A stretch of 64,000 nt of DNA, taken from NCBI GenBank assembly GCA_005773635.1, contig SXHN01000079.1, positions 36,568 through 100,567 of the forward strand, written 5' to 3'. Under the pieces are notes generated by a model. It was not told the origin of the DNA. It worked only from the letters and a program-made list of their open reading frames with translations, and made no database searches. Source of the DNA: Actinomycetota bacterium (lineage in GTDB: Bacteria > Actinomycetota > Acidimicrobiia > IMCC26256 > PALSA-610). A program made the position numbers and the translations under genes. Shown piece after piece: positions 29,544-38,200 of this stretch (positions are counted from its first letter, which is position 1; each line of letters starts with the position of its first letter).

Positions 29544-30770
29544 ATGCCTCGCGTGAACCGTCCTAGCGTTGCAGCAGTGACCAGCACTTGGGAACGGCCC
29601 GGCTACCGCTTCGACGCGGAGGGCGTGGCGTCCATCCCCGCATCCGATTTCGGTGACCCAGCCGTATATGAGCGCGAACGGGCGGCGATGTTTCGTCCGG
29701 GTACTGGAATGATGTACCTCGGCCACGACCTGCTGCTGCCAGGGAAAGGTCATCGCCTTGCCGATGGCGACGGTCGTGTGCTGCTGACCCGCGATGAAGA
29801 CGGCCAAGTTCGTGCCGTCGCCAACATGTGTACGCATACGTTGCGACCGCTCACCGACACGTCAGAGTTTGTTGACAAGTCGTGTATCACCTGCCCATTT
29901 CATCAGTGGTCGTTTCGGCGTGATGGCTCACTGATCGGTGGGCGAGAGATCACCTTCGGATCCGGCGACGAGGGGGCGGCTGTGAGAGCAAGCCTTGCCT
30001 TACCGAGTTTCGAAGTGCTCTCGTGGCAAGGTTTTCATTTCGGCATCGATCCGCAACGGCGAGCCGAGTATGAACTTGATTTTCAACGCATCTCTAACGA
30101 TTTCGCGGAACGCGGCTTGAGTGATCATCTCAACTTTGACGGTTGGACCATTTACGCCAGTGAAGACACGCACTACGCAGCAGATTGGAAGGCCTTCCTT
30201 GAGGTTTTCGGCGACTGCTATCACGTGCCGCCGTATCACCCTGGTCTGGCTTCGTTTTCTGATTGCGACACATTGCAGTGGACGTTCGGCCCCAACTATC
30301 ACGTGCAGTTTCTCGATCTTCACGAGACGCGTGGCGGTGGATCCGAGATGTACACGCAATGGGTGCAAGGTCTCGAACGATACGCCGAGGTGCGCGGCGA
30401 ACCAATGAGTGATTTCGCCGTTGCGTGGCTTGGTATCTACCCCAACATCATGATTGAGCTCTACGCGGGATTACGTGTCTTATCGATTGTGATTCCAACG
30501 GGCCCAGACACTCATATCAATCGCTCTCACTATCTGGTGCCCACGGATATGGAGTCGGTAGTTCCCGGACTTCCCAACGTCATGAAGACGGCGTTCGATG
30601 AAACCGGCGTAGAGGATTACGTGCTCATTGAGAGTCGCCATGCGGGCGCGATGACTGCGAAGTCGCTCGGTATCGACATCGAGTCCTACCACGTCAACCT
30701 CTCGGGCCCTGCACCTGAAGCGGGTACCGCGCATTTCTACGAGTGGTACCGCGCCCAACTTGCTCGTTAA
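29544..30770 (+). CDS. Rieske [2Fe-2S] non-heme-iron oxygenase alpha-subunit-like protein
   Basis: Rieske CxH...CxxH motif (CTHTL ... CPFHQW) and a C-terminal catalytic domain with His ligands (DCYHVPPYH). Confidence 0.8.
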   Translation: MPRVNRPSVAAVTSTWERPGYRFDAEGVASIPASDFGDPAVYERERAAMFRPGTGMMYLGHDLLLPGKGHRLADGDGRVLLTRDEDGQVRAVANMCTHTLRPLTDTSEFVDKSCITCPFHQWSFRRDGSLIGGREITFGSGDEGAAVRASLALPSFEVLSWQGFHFGIDPQRRAEYELDFQRISNDFAERGLSDHLNFDGWTIYASEDTHYAADWKAFLEVFGDCYHVPPYHPGLASFSDCDTLQWTFGPNYHVQFLDLHETRGGGSEMYTQWVQGLERYAEVRGEPMSDFAVAWLGIYPNIMIELYAGLRVLSIVIPTGPDTHINRSHYLVPTDMESVVPGLPNVMKTAFDETGVEDYVLIESRHAGAMTAKSLGIDIESYHVNLSGPAPEAGTAHFYEWYRAQLAR

Positions 30771-30913
30771 CAGCCACCGATTTATGTGATTCATCGAAAT
30801 CGGAGCCTTTCGGGCATAACTGAATGCCCTGTTGCGGTTGCCTTGAACTGATTGACTGAAGACATCAGTACTGCGTCGTCTCATGGGAGTCGACGTTCAA
30901 GGGAAAGGGAATC

Positions 30914-33088
30914 ATGGGGCCTGCAGTAATTGCGGCAATAGTTGTTGGGGTCATTGCGTTGTTTGTGGTTGCGCAGTCGTTTACCTCGATAGGGGCGAGC
31001 GAGATCGGTTTGGTTACCAAACGGTTTTCGTTCAAGAAGCTTCAAGACGACAACCCGATTGCGTTCAATGGTGAGGCCGGTTATCAAGCCGACCTCTTGA
31101 TGGCGGGGCTCCGATTCAAGCTCTGGCCGATTTATGGGGTGAAAAAGCATTCGTGGGTCCAGGTGCCTGCCGGGGAGATCGCTGTTGTGGTTGCCCAAGT
31201 TGGAATGCCGTTGCCGATTGGTAACAAGAGTGCGGTGTACGACTTGAAATTCGGCAATTTTTCGAATGTGCGAGCCTTCGTCGAAGGTGGCGGACAAAAG
31301 GGTGTGCAGCGCCCGGTGTTGCCTCCGGGCACCTTGGTGCCTATTCACCCGGTCGCGTTTCTCGTGTTGACTGCTCGCCAAGCGTTCGGCGTGCCGGTTG
31401 CTCCCGAAATGCAACAGCGTGCCAAAGCCACCGGCGGGGTTTTACGCAGTGAATCTTTTGGTTTGAGTGCCGATCAACTCCGCGTCGTAGTGATTTCGCC
31501 CAATGGGCCACAAGACACCGTCGGCATCGTGACCGCACTTGAAGGCGAGCCGTTGCCTTCTGGCGATATCGCGAGCCGCCTTGGAGCGTTTGAAGACGTG
31601 CTGGCCGCCGAGGCAGCCGACGCGACCGACGCCGACATCATCGAACTGTTGTTGGGCAATAAGAACAACCTGCACAACAACTATCAAGACTTTCAACGAT
31701 TCATCGATAACGGCGGAAAAATCGGTTTGCAACACGATCCGTTGTTGTATGGCGCGTATTTGCTCAACCCATTTCTAGTGCAGGTTGAGACTGTGCCGAT
31801 GCTCGTGGTGAATCAAGGTGAAGTAGCCGTAGTTAAAGGTTATGTTGGTCTGCCCACTTCCGACACTTCGGGTGTTGAGTTCAAGTTTGGTTCGATTGTG
31901 CAACCCGGCCATCGTGGCATCTGGCAAGAACCTTTGCGTACGGGCAAGTACGCAATCAATCCGCGGGTGTATGCGGCAGAGATCGTGCCGACCTCGATCT
32001 TGACGCTCAACTGGAGTGATTCAGTGTCAGCCGCGCACAGCCTTGACGTGAACCTCCAGCCAATCTCCGGCAAGAGCCGAGAAGGTTTCGTATTCGGCAT
32101 CGAACTACAAGTACAGATACATGTGCCCGATACGAAAGCGCCGAAAGTCATTTCTATGGTTGGCACGATGCTCAACCTCGTCAACGAAGTGCTGTCGTCT
32201 GCGGTCGGCAATCATTTCCGTAACACGCTGCAAAGTCTGGAAGCAGTGAAGTTCATCGAGACGCGTATGGACGTGCAACAAGCCGCACTTCTGGCGGTCT
32301 CGCAGTATTTGTCTCTCTACGACGTTGAAACCAAGGGTGTGTACCTTCAAGACGTTGTGTTCCCACCGGAACTGGTGGAAGTGCTCACCAAACGAGAGAT
32401 CGCTAACCAGGAAAAGGCAACCTTCGCCGAAGAAGAACGCGCCCAGGTCGTGCGGGTCGAAATGGAAAAGGCCAAGGGCACTGCAGACATGCAAGCTTCG
32501 TTGGCCCAAGCACAAGTGTCGGTAACGATTAAACAAGCACAGGCCGAAGCACGTAAAGCTGAAGCCGACGGTGAAGCCACCTATGTGGAGCGCACCGGTA
32601 TTGCTGAGGCCACTCGCCGCAAGGCAGTTGGTGTCGCAGATGCTGAGGTGCTCGAACGCACGGGTTCTGCCGAAGCCGAAAAGCAGCGCAGCATTGGTCT
32701 TGCTCAAGCAGAAATTACCGAAAAGATAGGTGCCGCCGAGGCAACCAAGACTCGCGCAATTGGTCTGGCCGCCGCGGAAGCTACTCAGGCGCTCGGTGAA
32801 GGCCGGGCTCGTGGATATGCAGCACAGGTTGTGTCGCTTGGTGCTGGCGCGACGGCGGCCGTGGCCGTGGCTGATGCTGTCGCCACGGGCGGCATTGACA
32901 TCATGCCCGAGGTGCTCGTGACCGGCGGAGGTGGTGCTATGGATGGCCTCGCCGCAGTGTTGATGCGAGCCTTCGGATCAGGCGGCGCCGCGAAATCGTC
33001 ATTGGCCAACCTCATTGGTGCACCAGCGGCCACGGCTGCTGTCGACGCTGGACTGCCCGAGGTCAGCGAAATGGTGGACGCCGAATAG
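30914..33088 (+). CDS. Flotillin-family protein (SPFH/Band-7 domain plus EA-repeat flotillin domain), long 724-aa form
   Basis: N-terminal TM helix, an SPFH region, and a C-terminal run of AEA/EAxxxA heptad repeats (ERTGIAEATRRKAVGVADAEVLERTGSAEAEKQRSIGLAQAEITEKIGAAEATKTRAIGLAAAEA). Confidence 0.8.
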   Translation: MGPAVIAAIVVGVIALFVVAQSFTSIGASEIGLVTKRFSFKKLQDDNPIAFNGEAGYQADLLMAGLRFKLWPIYGVKKHSWVQVPAGEIAVVVAQVGMPLPIGNKSAVYDLKFGNFSNVRAFVEGGGQKGVQRPVLPPGTLVPIHPVAFLVLTARQAFGVPVAPEMQQRAKATGGVLRSESFGLSADQLRVVVISPNGPQDTVGIVTALEGEPLPSGDIASRLGAFEDVLAAEAADATDADIIELLLGNKNNLHNNYQDFQRFIDNGGKIGLQHDPLLYGAYLLNPFLVQVETVPMLVVNQGEVAVVKGYVGLPTSDTSGVEFKFGSIVQPGHRGIWQEPLRTGKYAINPRVYAAEIVPTSILTLNWSDSVSAAHSLDVNLQPISGKSREGFVFGIELQVQIHVPDTKAPKVISMVGTMLNLVNEVLSSAVGNHFRNTLQSLEAVKFIETRMDVQQAALLAVSQYLSLYDVETKGVYLQDVVFPPELVEVLTKREIANQEKATFAEEERAQVVRVEMEKAKGTADMQASLAQAQVSVTIKQAQAEARKAEADGEATYVERTGIAEATRRKAVGVADAEVLERTGSAEAEKQRSIGLAQAEITEKIGAAEATKTRAIGLAAAEATQALGEGRARGYAAQVVSLGAGATAAVAVADAVATGGIDIMPEVLVTGGGGAMDGLAAVLMRAFGSGGAAKSSLANLIGAPAATAAVDAGLPEVSEMVDAE

Positions 33089-33178
33089 CCCTCGCCCGGG
33101 TGGTCACACGATGTAGTGGTTTGCGCTGCTTCTGTGTGACCGCGGCCGGGCGTCGGGCGCGGCGTGTAGACATTGGTG

Positions 33179-34315
33179 ATGACTGACGTTTACGAACCAG
33201 AAGCCGCGGGCCTTGCCCGTGACAAGACCGATACCCTGCTGGAGCGGGTGCAGCGCGAGGTGATGGTTGGGCACCTACCGTCGTGCCAAATCGCGCTTGT
33301 GCGCGACGGTGTGGTGGGTATCGCGAAAACCTTCGGTGCCCCAGCCGAGTCGCGGTACACGATCTTTTCGGCAACCAAACCAATTGTCGCGATGGCGTTT
33401 TGGACATTGCTCGATGAGGGCCTATTTCGTCTGGATGATCCGGTGAGCGATCACATCCCCGAGTTCGCGCTCAACGGGAAACGCGATATCACGATCGAAC
33501 AAGTGATGTTGCACACGTCGGGGTTTCCGCACGCGCCGCTTGGTTCACCCTTGTGGGACACGCGCGAGTCGCGGCTCGACGCGTTTGCCCGGTGGCGCAC
33601 GAATTGGGAGCCAGGGACGCGTTTTGAATATCACCCCACATCTGCACATTGGGTACTCGCTGAACTGATTGAACGAGGTTCAGGCCGGGATTATCGCGAG
33701 TACATCGCGGCGGCCATATGCGAACCACTTGGCTTAACTCGTTTCCAGCTTGGTGTGCCGCTGCACGATCAAGGTGACATTCGCCAACTCGTCGTAACCG
33801 GTGAGGTGATGACGCCCGACGAGATCGAAGCCGTGTTCGGGTTTCGTGAATTGCCTGTGAGCGAAGTGACGACGGAGGCATTGCTACAATACAACCGAGC
33901 GGATGTGCGCGAAGTAGGCGTCCCGGGCGGTGGCGGCGTGTCGACTGCTGTTGATCTCGCGATGTTCTATCAATCGTTGCTCGAAGGTGGGCGAGGTTTG
34001 ATATCGCCCGAAGCGATGAAGGATTTTTCAGCCAACGTTCGCAACACGTTCAGCGACTTCCTTGGCACGCCAGCTAACCGGGCGCTTGGCTTGGTGGTCG
34101 CAGGCGACGACGGCAAGAGTGGCATGCGGGGGATGGGCAAGACTGTTTCTTCGCGTGCGTTTGGGCACAACGGTGCGGGTGGGCAGATCGCTTTCGGCGA
34201 CCCGGCGACGGGGGTGTCGTTTGTGTACCTCACCGACGGACTTGATGAACACGTCGTGCGATCTGCTCGCCGCACTACTGCTATTGCTTCCTATGCCGGA
34301 GCGTGCGCGAATTAG
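33179..34315 (+). CDS. Beta-lactamase-family serine hydrolase (class-C-like / esterase)
   Basis: S-x-x-K active-site motif FSATKPI, a YxN-like region, and the GHNGAGGQ KTG-box equivalent. Confidence 0.8.
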   Translation: MTDVYEPEAAGLARDKTDTLLERVQREVMVGHLPSCQIALVRDGVVGIAKTFGAPAESRYTIFSATKPIVAMAFWTLLDEGLFRLDDPVSDHIPEFALNGKRDITIEQVMLHTSGFPHAPLGSPLWDTRESRLDAFARWRTNWEPGTRFEYHPTSAHWVLAELIERGSGRDYREYIAAAICEPLGLTRFQLGVPLHDQGDIRQLVVTGEVMTPDEIEAVFGFRELPVSEVTTEALLQYNRADVREVGVPGGGGVSTAVDLAMFYQSLLEGGRGLISPEAMKDFSANVRNTFSDFLGTPANRALGLVVAGDDGKSGMRGMGKTVSSRAFGHNGAGGQIAFGDPATGVSFVYLTDGLDEHVVRSARRTTAIASYAGACAN

Positions 34316-34328
34316 CTAAGTTCGCATC

Positions 34329-35867
34329 ATGAAGGTTGACTTGACGGTTAGTGACTTTTTGCAACGGGCTGAGACGGTGTACGGCGACCGCGTCGCGTTG
34401 ATTGATGAACCCGATCAGCCAGCAACCTCATGGGGAGCGCTGCCATGGCAAGAGATCGCACGGCGCGCCCGAGCCCAAGCTGCAGCGCTCGATCGCCTCG
34501 GCGTTGCAGTTGGCGAGCGGGTTGCGATGGTTTCGCACAATTCGGCGCGTTTGATGACTTCATTCTTCGGTGTGAGTGGTTTCGGGCGAGTGCTCGTGCC
34601 GATCAATTTCCGCCTGCACTCTGACGAAGTGAAGTACATCATCGAACACTCGGGCGCGACGGTGCTCTTGATCGACCCTGAACTTGAGGAATCATTGAGC
34701 GGGGTCACCGCAAAACACCGCTTTATCATCGGTGAGGCTTCGGATGATGACCTCTACGACTACGACCGAGAGCCAGTGGCATGGGCGGTGCCCGATGAAA
34801 ACGCAACGGCCACGATTAATTACACGAGCGGCACGACGGCGCGTCCCAAGGGTGTACAGCTGACCCATCGCAATATTTGGCTCAACGCGACAACGTTCGG
34901 TTGGCAAGCCGGCGTCAACGACCGAGATGTGCTGTTGCATACGTTGCCGATGTTCCACTGCAACGGCTGGGGTATGCCCTACGCGGTGACTGGCATGGGA
35001 GGTCAACATGTGGTTCTGCGCAAGGTGGACGGCGGCGAAATCTTGCGCCGCGTCGATGCGCATGGTGTGACCATGATGTGTGGCGCGCCTGCGGTGGTTG
35101 CCGCGATTCTCGACGCGGCGACGACGTGGGATGGTGCAATCCCTGGGCACGGCCGTACTCGAGTGATTGTGGCGGGCGCGCCGCCGCCGACGCGAACGAT
35201 AGAACGTGTCGAGACGGAGCTGGGCTGGGAATTCATTCAGATCTATGGCCTTACCGAAACGACGCCATTGCTCACGATGAATCGGGGCCGTGCTGAATAC
35301 GACTCGCTCAGCCCGACTGAACGCGCGGCCAAACTTGGTCGAGCCGGCGCGCCGGCATTGGGTGTCACAATGCGAGTCGATGCCCAGGGCGAACTGCTGG
35401 CCCGAGGCAATCACGTGATGGAGGGTTACTGGGATCAACCCGACGCCACGGATGCCGCGATCGTCGATGGGTTCTTTCATACCGGCGACGGTGGAGTGAT
35501 CGACGATGACAATTACGTCGCGATTCTTGATCGCAAAAAAGATGTGATCATTTCCGGTGGCGAAAACGTGAGTTCGATTGAGGTGGAAGACGCCGTGTTT
35601 TCGCACCCTGTAGTTGCTGAAGCCGCGGTGATTGGAGTTCCCCACGAAAAATGGGGTGAGACCGTGATCGCCTTGGTTGTGCTCGTCGCGGGCGCGCAAG
35701 CATCAGAGCAAGAGATCATCGATCATTGTCGCTCCAAGCTTGCGCATTACAAGTGCCCGACCAAGATCGAATTCCGCGACGAACTTGCACGCACAGCAAC
35801 GGGAAAACTCCAAAAGTTCAAGCTGCGGGCGCCGTATTGGGAAGATCGAGACCGACTCGTGAACTGA
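34329..35867 (+). CDS. AMP-dependent acyl-CoA synthetase/ligase
   Basis: AMP-binding signature YTSGTTARPKGV and the C-terminal TATGK motif. Confidence 0.9.
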   Translation: MKVDLTVSDFLQRAETVYGDRVALIDEPDQPATSWGALPWQEIARRARAQAAALDRLGVAVGERVAMVSHNSARLMTSFFGVSGFGRVLVPINFRLHSDEVKYIIEHSGATVLLIDPELEESLSGVTAKHRFIIGEASDDDLYDYDREPVAWAVPDENATATINYTSGTTARPKGVQLTHRNIWLNATTFGWQAGVNDRDVLLHTLPMFHCNGWGMPYAVTGMGGQHVVLRKVDGGEILRRVDAHGVTMMCGAPAVVAAILDAATTWDGAIPGHGRTRVIVAGAPPPTRTIERVETELGWEFIQIYGLTETTPLLTMNRGRAEYDSLSPTERAAKLGRAGAPALGVTMRVDAQGELLARGNHVMEGYWDQPDATDAAIVDGFFHTGDGGVIDDDNYVAILDRKKDVIISGGENVSSIEVEDAVFSHPVVAEAAVIGVPHEKWGETVIALVVLVAGAQASEQEIIDHCRSKLAHYKCPTKIEFRDELARTATGKLQKFKLRAPYWEDRDRLVN

Positions 35868-35951
35868 AGTCGTGAAAGATGCGACTACCACAGGGGCGTC
35901 CATCCAAACTATTATTTGCATGCGTTGTGCAATCGAGACCTGGGAGCGGAA

Positions 35952-36866
35952 ATGAACGTTGTTGCATCGAAAATTCGAGTGGCGGCTGGAGTTGGCGCGT
36001 TAGCGCTGCTGCTCGCGGCGTGCGGTTCGTCAAAAGACGAAGCCTCTCCTCGTGCTGAGGCCGAGGCTGGTAAGGCCTCGACTACAACGACGAAGCCTGC
36101 TGAGCACGACATGGACCACGGTCACGAAGGTGGCTCCCATGACGCCGAGGGCGACGATCATGGCGGCCACGGCACCGTCATCAAGGGCACTGCAAATGGT
36201 GACTCGCCGTGCGAGATTGCACTGGCCAAGCCATCGTCACCGGGTCAGGCCAATGAAAGCGGCGCTGAAGGTACCGACGCCGAAGGCGGTCACGGTGGGC
36301 GCGGCATGGTGAAACAACTGCCCACCACCAACGAAGAGCGCGAGTTGCTAGCGAAGCAAATGATTCAGGCGCGGTCAGTGATCGACAAGTATCCGACAGT
36401 CGCGGTCGCCGAGGCCGCGGGCTATAAGAAAACCACAACATTCTTGCCGTGTATCGGTGCGCACTATTCGAATTTCGCCTACCTACAGTTTGATCCCGCG
36501 AATCCGTCGGAGTTGTTGTTCGACGGTACGAAGCCGGATTCGAAGATTATTGGCCTGAGTTACCTTGTCTACAGCGTTGGTGCGCCGGAGGGATTTGCGG
36601 GACCCAACGACCATTTTCACCAGCACAACGCGAACGGTGGTCTGTGCCTGAATTCGAAAACCGAGGTGATCGGTGGCGAGAGCCAAACTCAAGAGGAATG
36701 CGAAGCGCTCGGCGGCAAAAAGAGTGCGAAATTGACCGAAAACATTTGGATGGCCCACGCGTGGGTGGCACCAGGTTGGGAGTGTACCTGGGGTGTTTTC
36801 GCCGGTGAGTGCCCCGAACTCGGCGGTCGCGTTGGCGGTACCGCTCAGGACCCAATCAAGAAGTAG
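35952..36866 (+). CDS. Secreted lipoprotein with a His/Asp-rich low-complexity segment and a Cys-rich C-terminal domain; function unknown
   Basis: Signal peptide with lipobox LLAAC. The low-complexity segment reads HDMDHGHEGGSHDAEGDDHGGHG. Six Cys lie in the C-terminal domain. Confidence 0.55.
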   Translation: MNVVASKIRVAAGVGALALLLAACGSSKDEASPRAEAEAGKASTTTTKPAEHDMDHGHEGGSHDAEGDDHGGHGTVIKGTANGDSPCEIALAKPSSPGQANESGAEGTDAEGGHGGRGMVKQLPTTNEERELLAKQMIQARSVIDKYPTVAVAEAAGYKKTTTFLPCIGAHYSNFAYLQFDPANPSELLFDGTKPDSKIIGLSYLVYSVGAPEGFAGPNDHFHQHNANGGLCLNSKTEVIGGESQTQEECEALGGKKSAKLTENIWMAHAWVAPGWECTWGVFAGECPELGGRVGGTAQDPIKK

Positions 36867-36967
36867 CGCAACCCGAAGTCGCAAACTCCGATGTGCAAAA
36901 CATCAATGAAATGGGCGCCCTTTGGGTGCCCATTTCTATTCAGTGACCACTAGCCAGTGACCAGATT

Positions 36968-37669
36968 TCAATGCAATGGTGATCGCTTCGTTGTGCGCAG
37001 CAGCTGGCTTTCCCAATCGTCGCGTACTTCGAGCGCGTCGTGCATCCATGTGCCCGGTGCTTTGACGAAGTCTGGAAGATCGCGCGTGAACAACCCAGTG
37101 AGGCGCTCGGGATACACGACCCGTTGCCACAAAAGGACCTCGCGTCGGCGCGGGGCTCCGAGCGCGGCTTGGAATATTGCAACCATGTCGAGCAACGAGC
37201 GGCTTGTGTGTTCTTCGAGGCTTGGTGCGTAATGGGTGCGGGCAGCTTCGATGTACTCGTCGAGTTTGGCCGCATACGGCCATGCGCGATCTTGCATAAA
37301 GAGTGCCTGGCTTCGAGCCCCGGCATCGATGGGGATGGCATCGAACTCGGTGACTTGTGGCCCCCATGCCATGGGCAATAGCAGCGTCCCTTCAACGTCG
37401 TGGCGCAAGGTATCGGCGTGGGCAGCCCAAGCCCGAAGATCACCGGTTTGCACGCGTCGCGCGAGGTTTTCGTAGGCATTGCCATCGCGCAACGCGGTCA
37501 CGGTTACGTGGCAATACGCGCGGCCAGTACCGTGCGCGAGTTTGAGATGCCAGGCCAGGCGGGCATCGCCGGTGGCCGCGAGTGAAGCCATCCAGTCTTC
37601 ATCGACGTGAGTTTCGAAGGCGTCTTCATCTCTGCCAGCAACCCTGTGCACTTCATGGAGATACAGCAT
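36968..37669 (-). CDS. Hypothetical protein (possibly last gene of the serC/Trx-fusion/UGSC operon)
   Basis: 233-aa ORF with coding-like composition, 15 nt downstream of the UGSC-type gene on the same strand. No recognisable motifs. Confidence 0.45.
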   Translation of the reverse strand: MLYLHEVHRVAGRDEDAFETHVDEDWMASLAATGDARLAWHLKLAHGTGRAYCHVTVTALRDGNAYENLARRVQTGDLRAWAAHADTLRHDVEGTLLLPMAWGPQVTEFDAIPIDAGARSQALFMQDRAWPYAAKLDEYIEAARTHYAPSLEEHTSRSLLDMVAIFQAALGAPRRREVLLWQRVVYPERLTGLFTRDLPDFVKAPGTWMHDALEVRDDWESQLLRTTKRSPLH

Positions 37670-37684
37670 GACTGCAGTTTCGTT

Positions 37685-38200
37685 CTAGGCAGTGATCGAA
37701 CGCAACAGTTCGTCGAAACAACCGTCGGCGAGGGCTCGCATTTCGTCGTCAGTTCGATCTTGGATCGGATGCGCGACGAAAACCACAGCTGGATCCGCGC
37801 CGAGCGCACTCGACTGGGCCGTTGCCGCGGTGATGAACTCCGTCGATGCGACGAACACCATTGGGATACCCACTGATTCGAGATTCACGGTGTCGTGCAC
37901 ACTGCACGACGTACACGAACCTCAGTCGGCGAGCGCTTCAATCACGACGTCGCACTTTGCGGCGATCTCATGGCGCAGATCGATTGGCGCCGGCTTGGTA
38001 AAGGTTGGTTTGCTGAATCGTTCGATAGTGCAACCTTGATCGCCAAGCAGAGTTTCGATGCGATCAAGAAAAACGTTTCCGCGTGCCTTGGTGATATCGA
38101 GTAAGCCGACGCGCAAACCTTTGAGTGACGCGGGACGCAATGCCCTGGCGCGCGTTGTGGCAGACCGTTCGCCGGTTGGGTCGAGCAGAACCTCACTCAC
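37685..38200 (-). CDS. Candidate selenoprotein of the UGSC type, read through an in-frame TGA at 37922-37924 (about 171 aa)
   Basis: Two same-frame ORFs (37922-38200 and 37685-37900) are separated only by TGA plus 7 sense codons. The joined product reads ...VVIEALAD-U-GSCTSCSVHDTVNLESVGIPMVFV..., so the TGA is immediately followed by Gly-Ser-Cys. A stable hairpin starts 1 nt after the TGA. There is no SD-supported independent start for the distal ORF. Confidence 0.55.
37882..37921 (-). promoter_or_regulatory. Candidate bacterial SECIS hairpin immediately 3' of the in-frame UGA
   Basis: mRNA UGA-GGUUCGUG-UAC-GUCGUGCA-GUG-UGCACGAC-AC-CGUGAAUC: a perfect 8-bp apical stem (palindrome 37892-37910) nested in an 8-bp outer stem with G-U wobbles. 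Confidence 0.3.

Noticed and set aside
34692-35699. 335-aa minus-strand ORF
   Set aside because: Antisense to the acyl-CoA synthetase; Arg/His-rich.
37685-38200. The two ORF-track entries (37685-37900, 71 aa; 37922-38200, 92 aa) taken as two independent small genes
   Set aside because: They share a frame and are separated only by TGA plus 7 codons encoding GSCTSCS. The distal ORF's GTG start sits in a hairpin loop with no RBS. A single UGA-recoded (or, less likely, pseudogenised) gene explains the data better.
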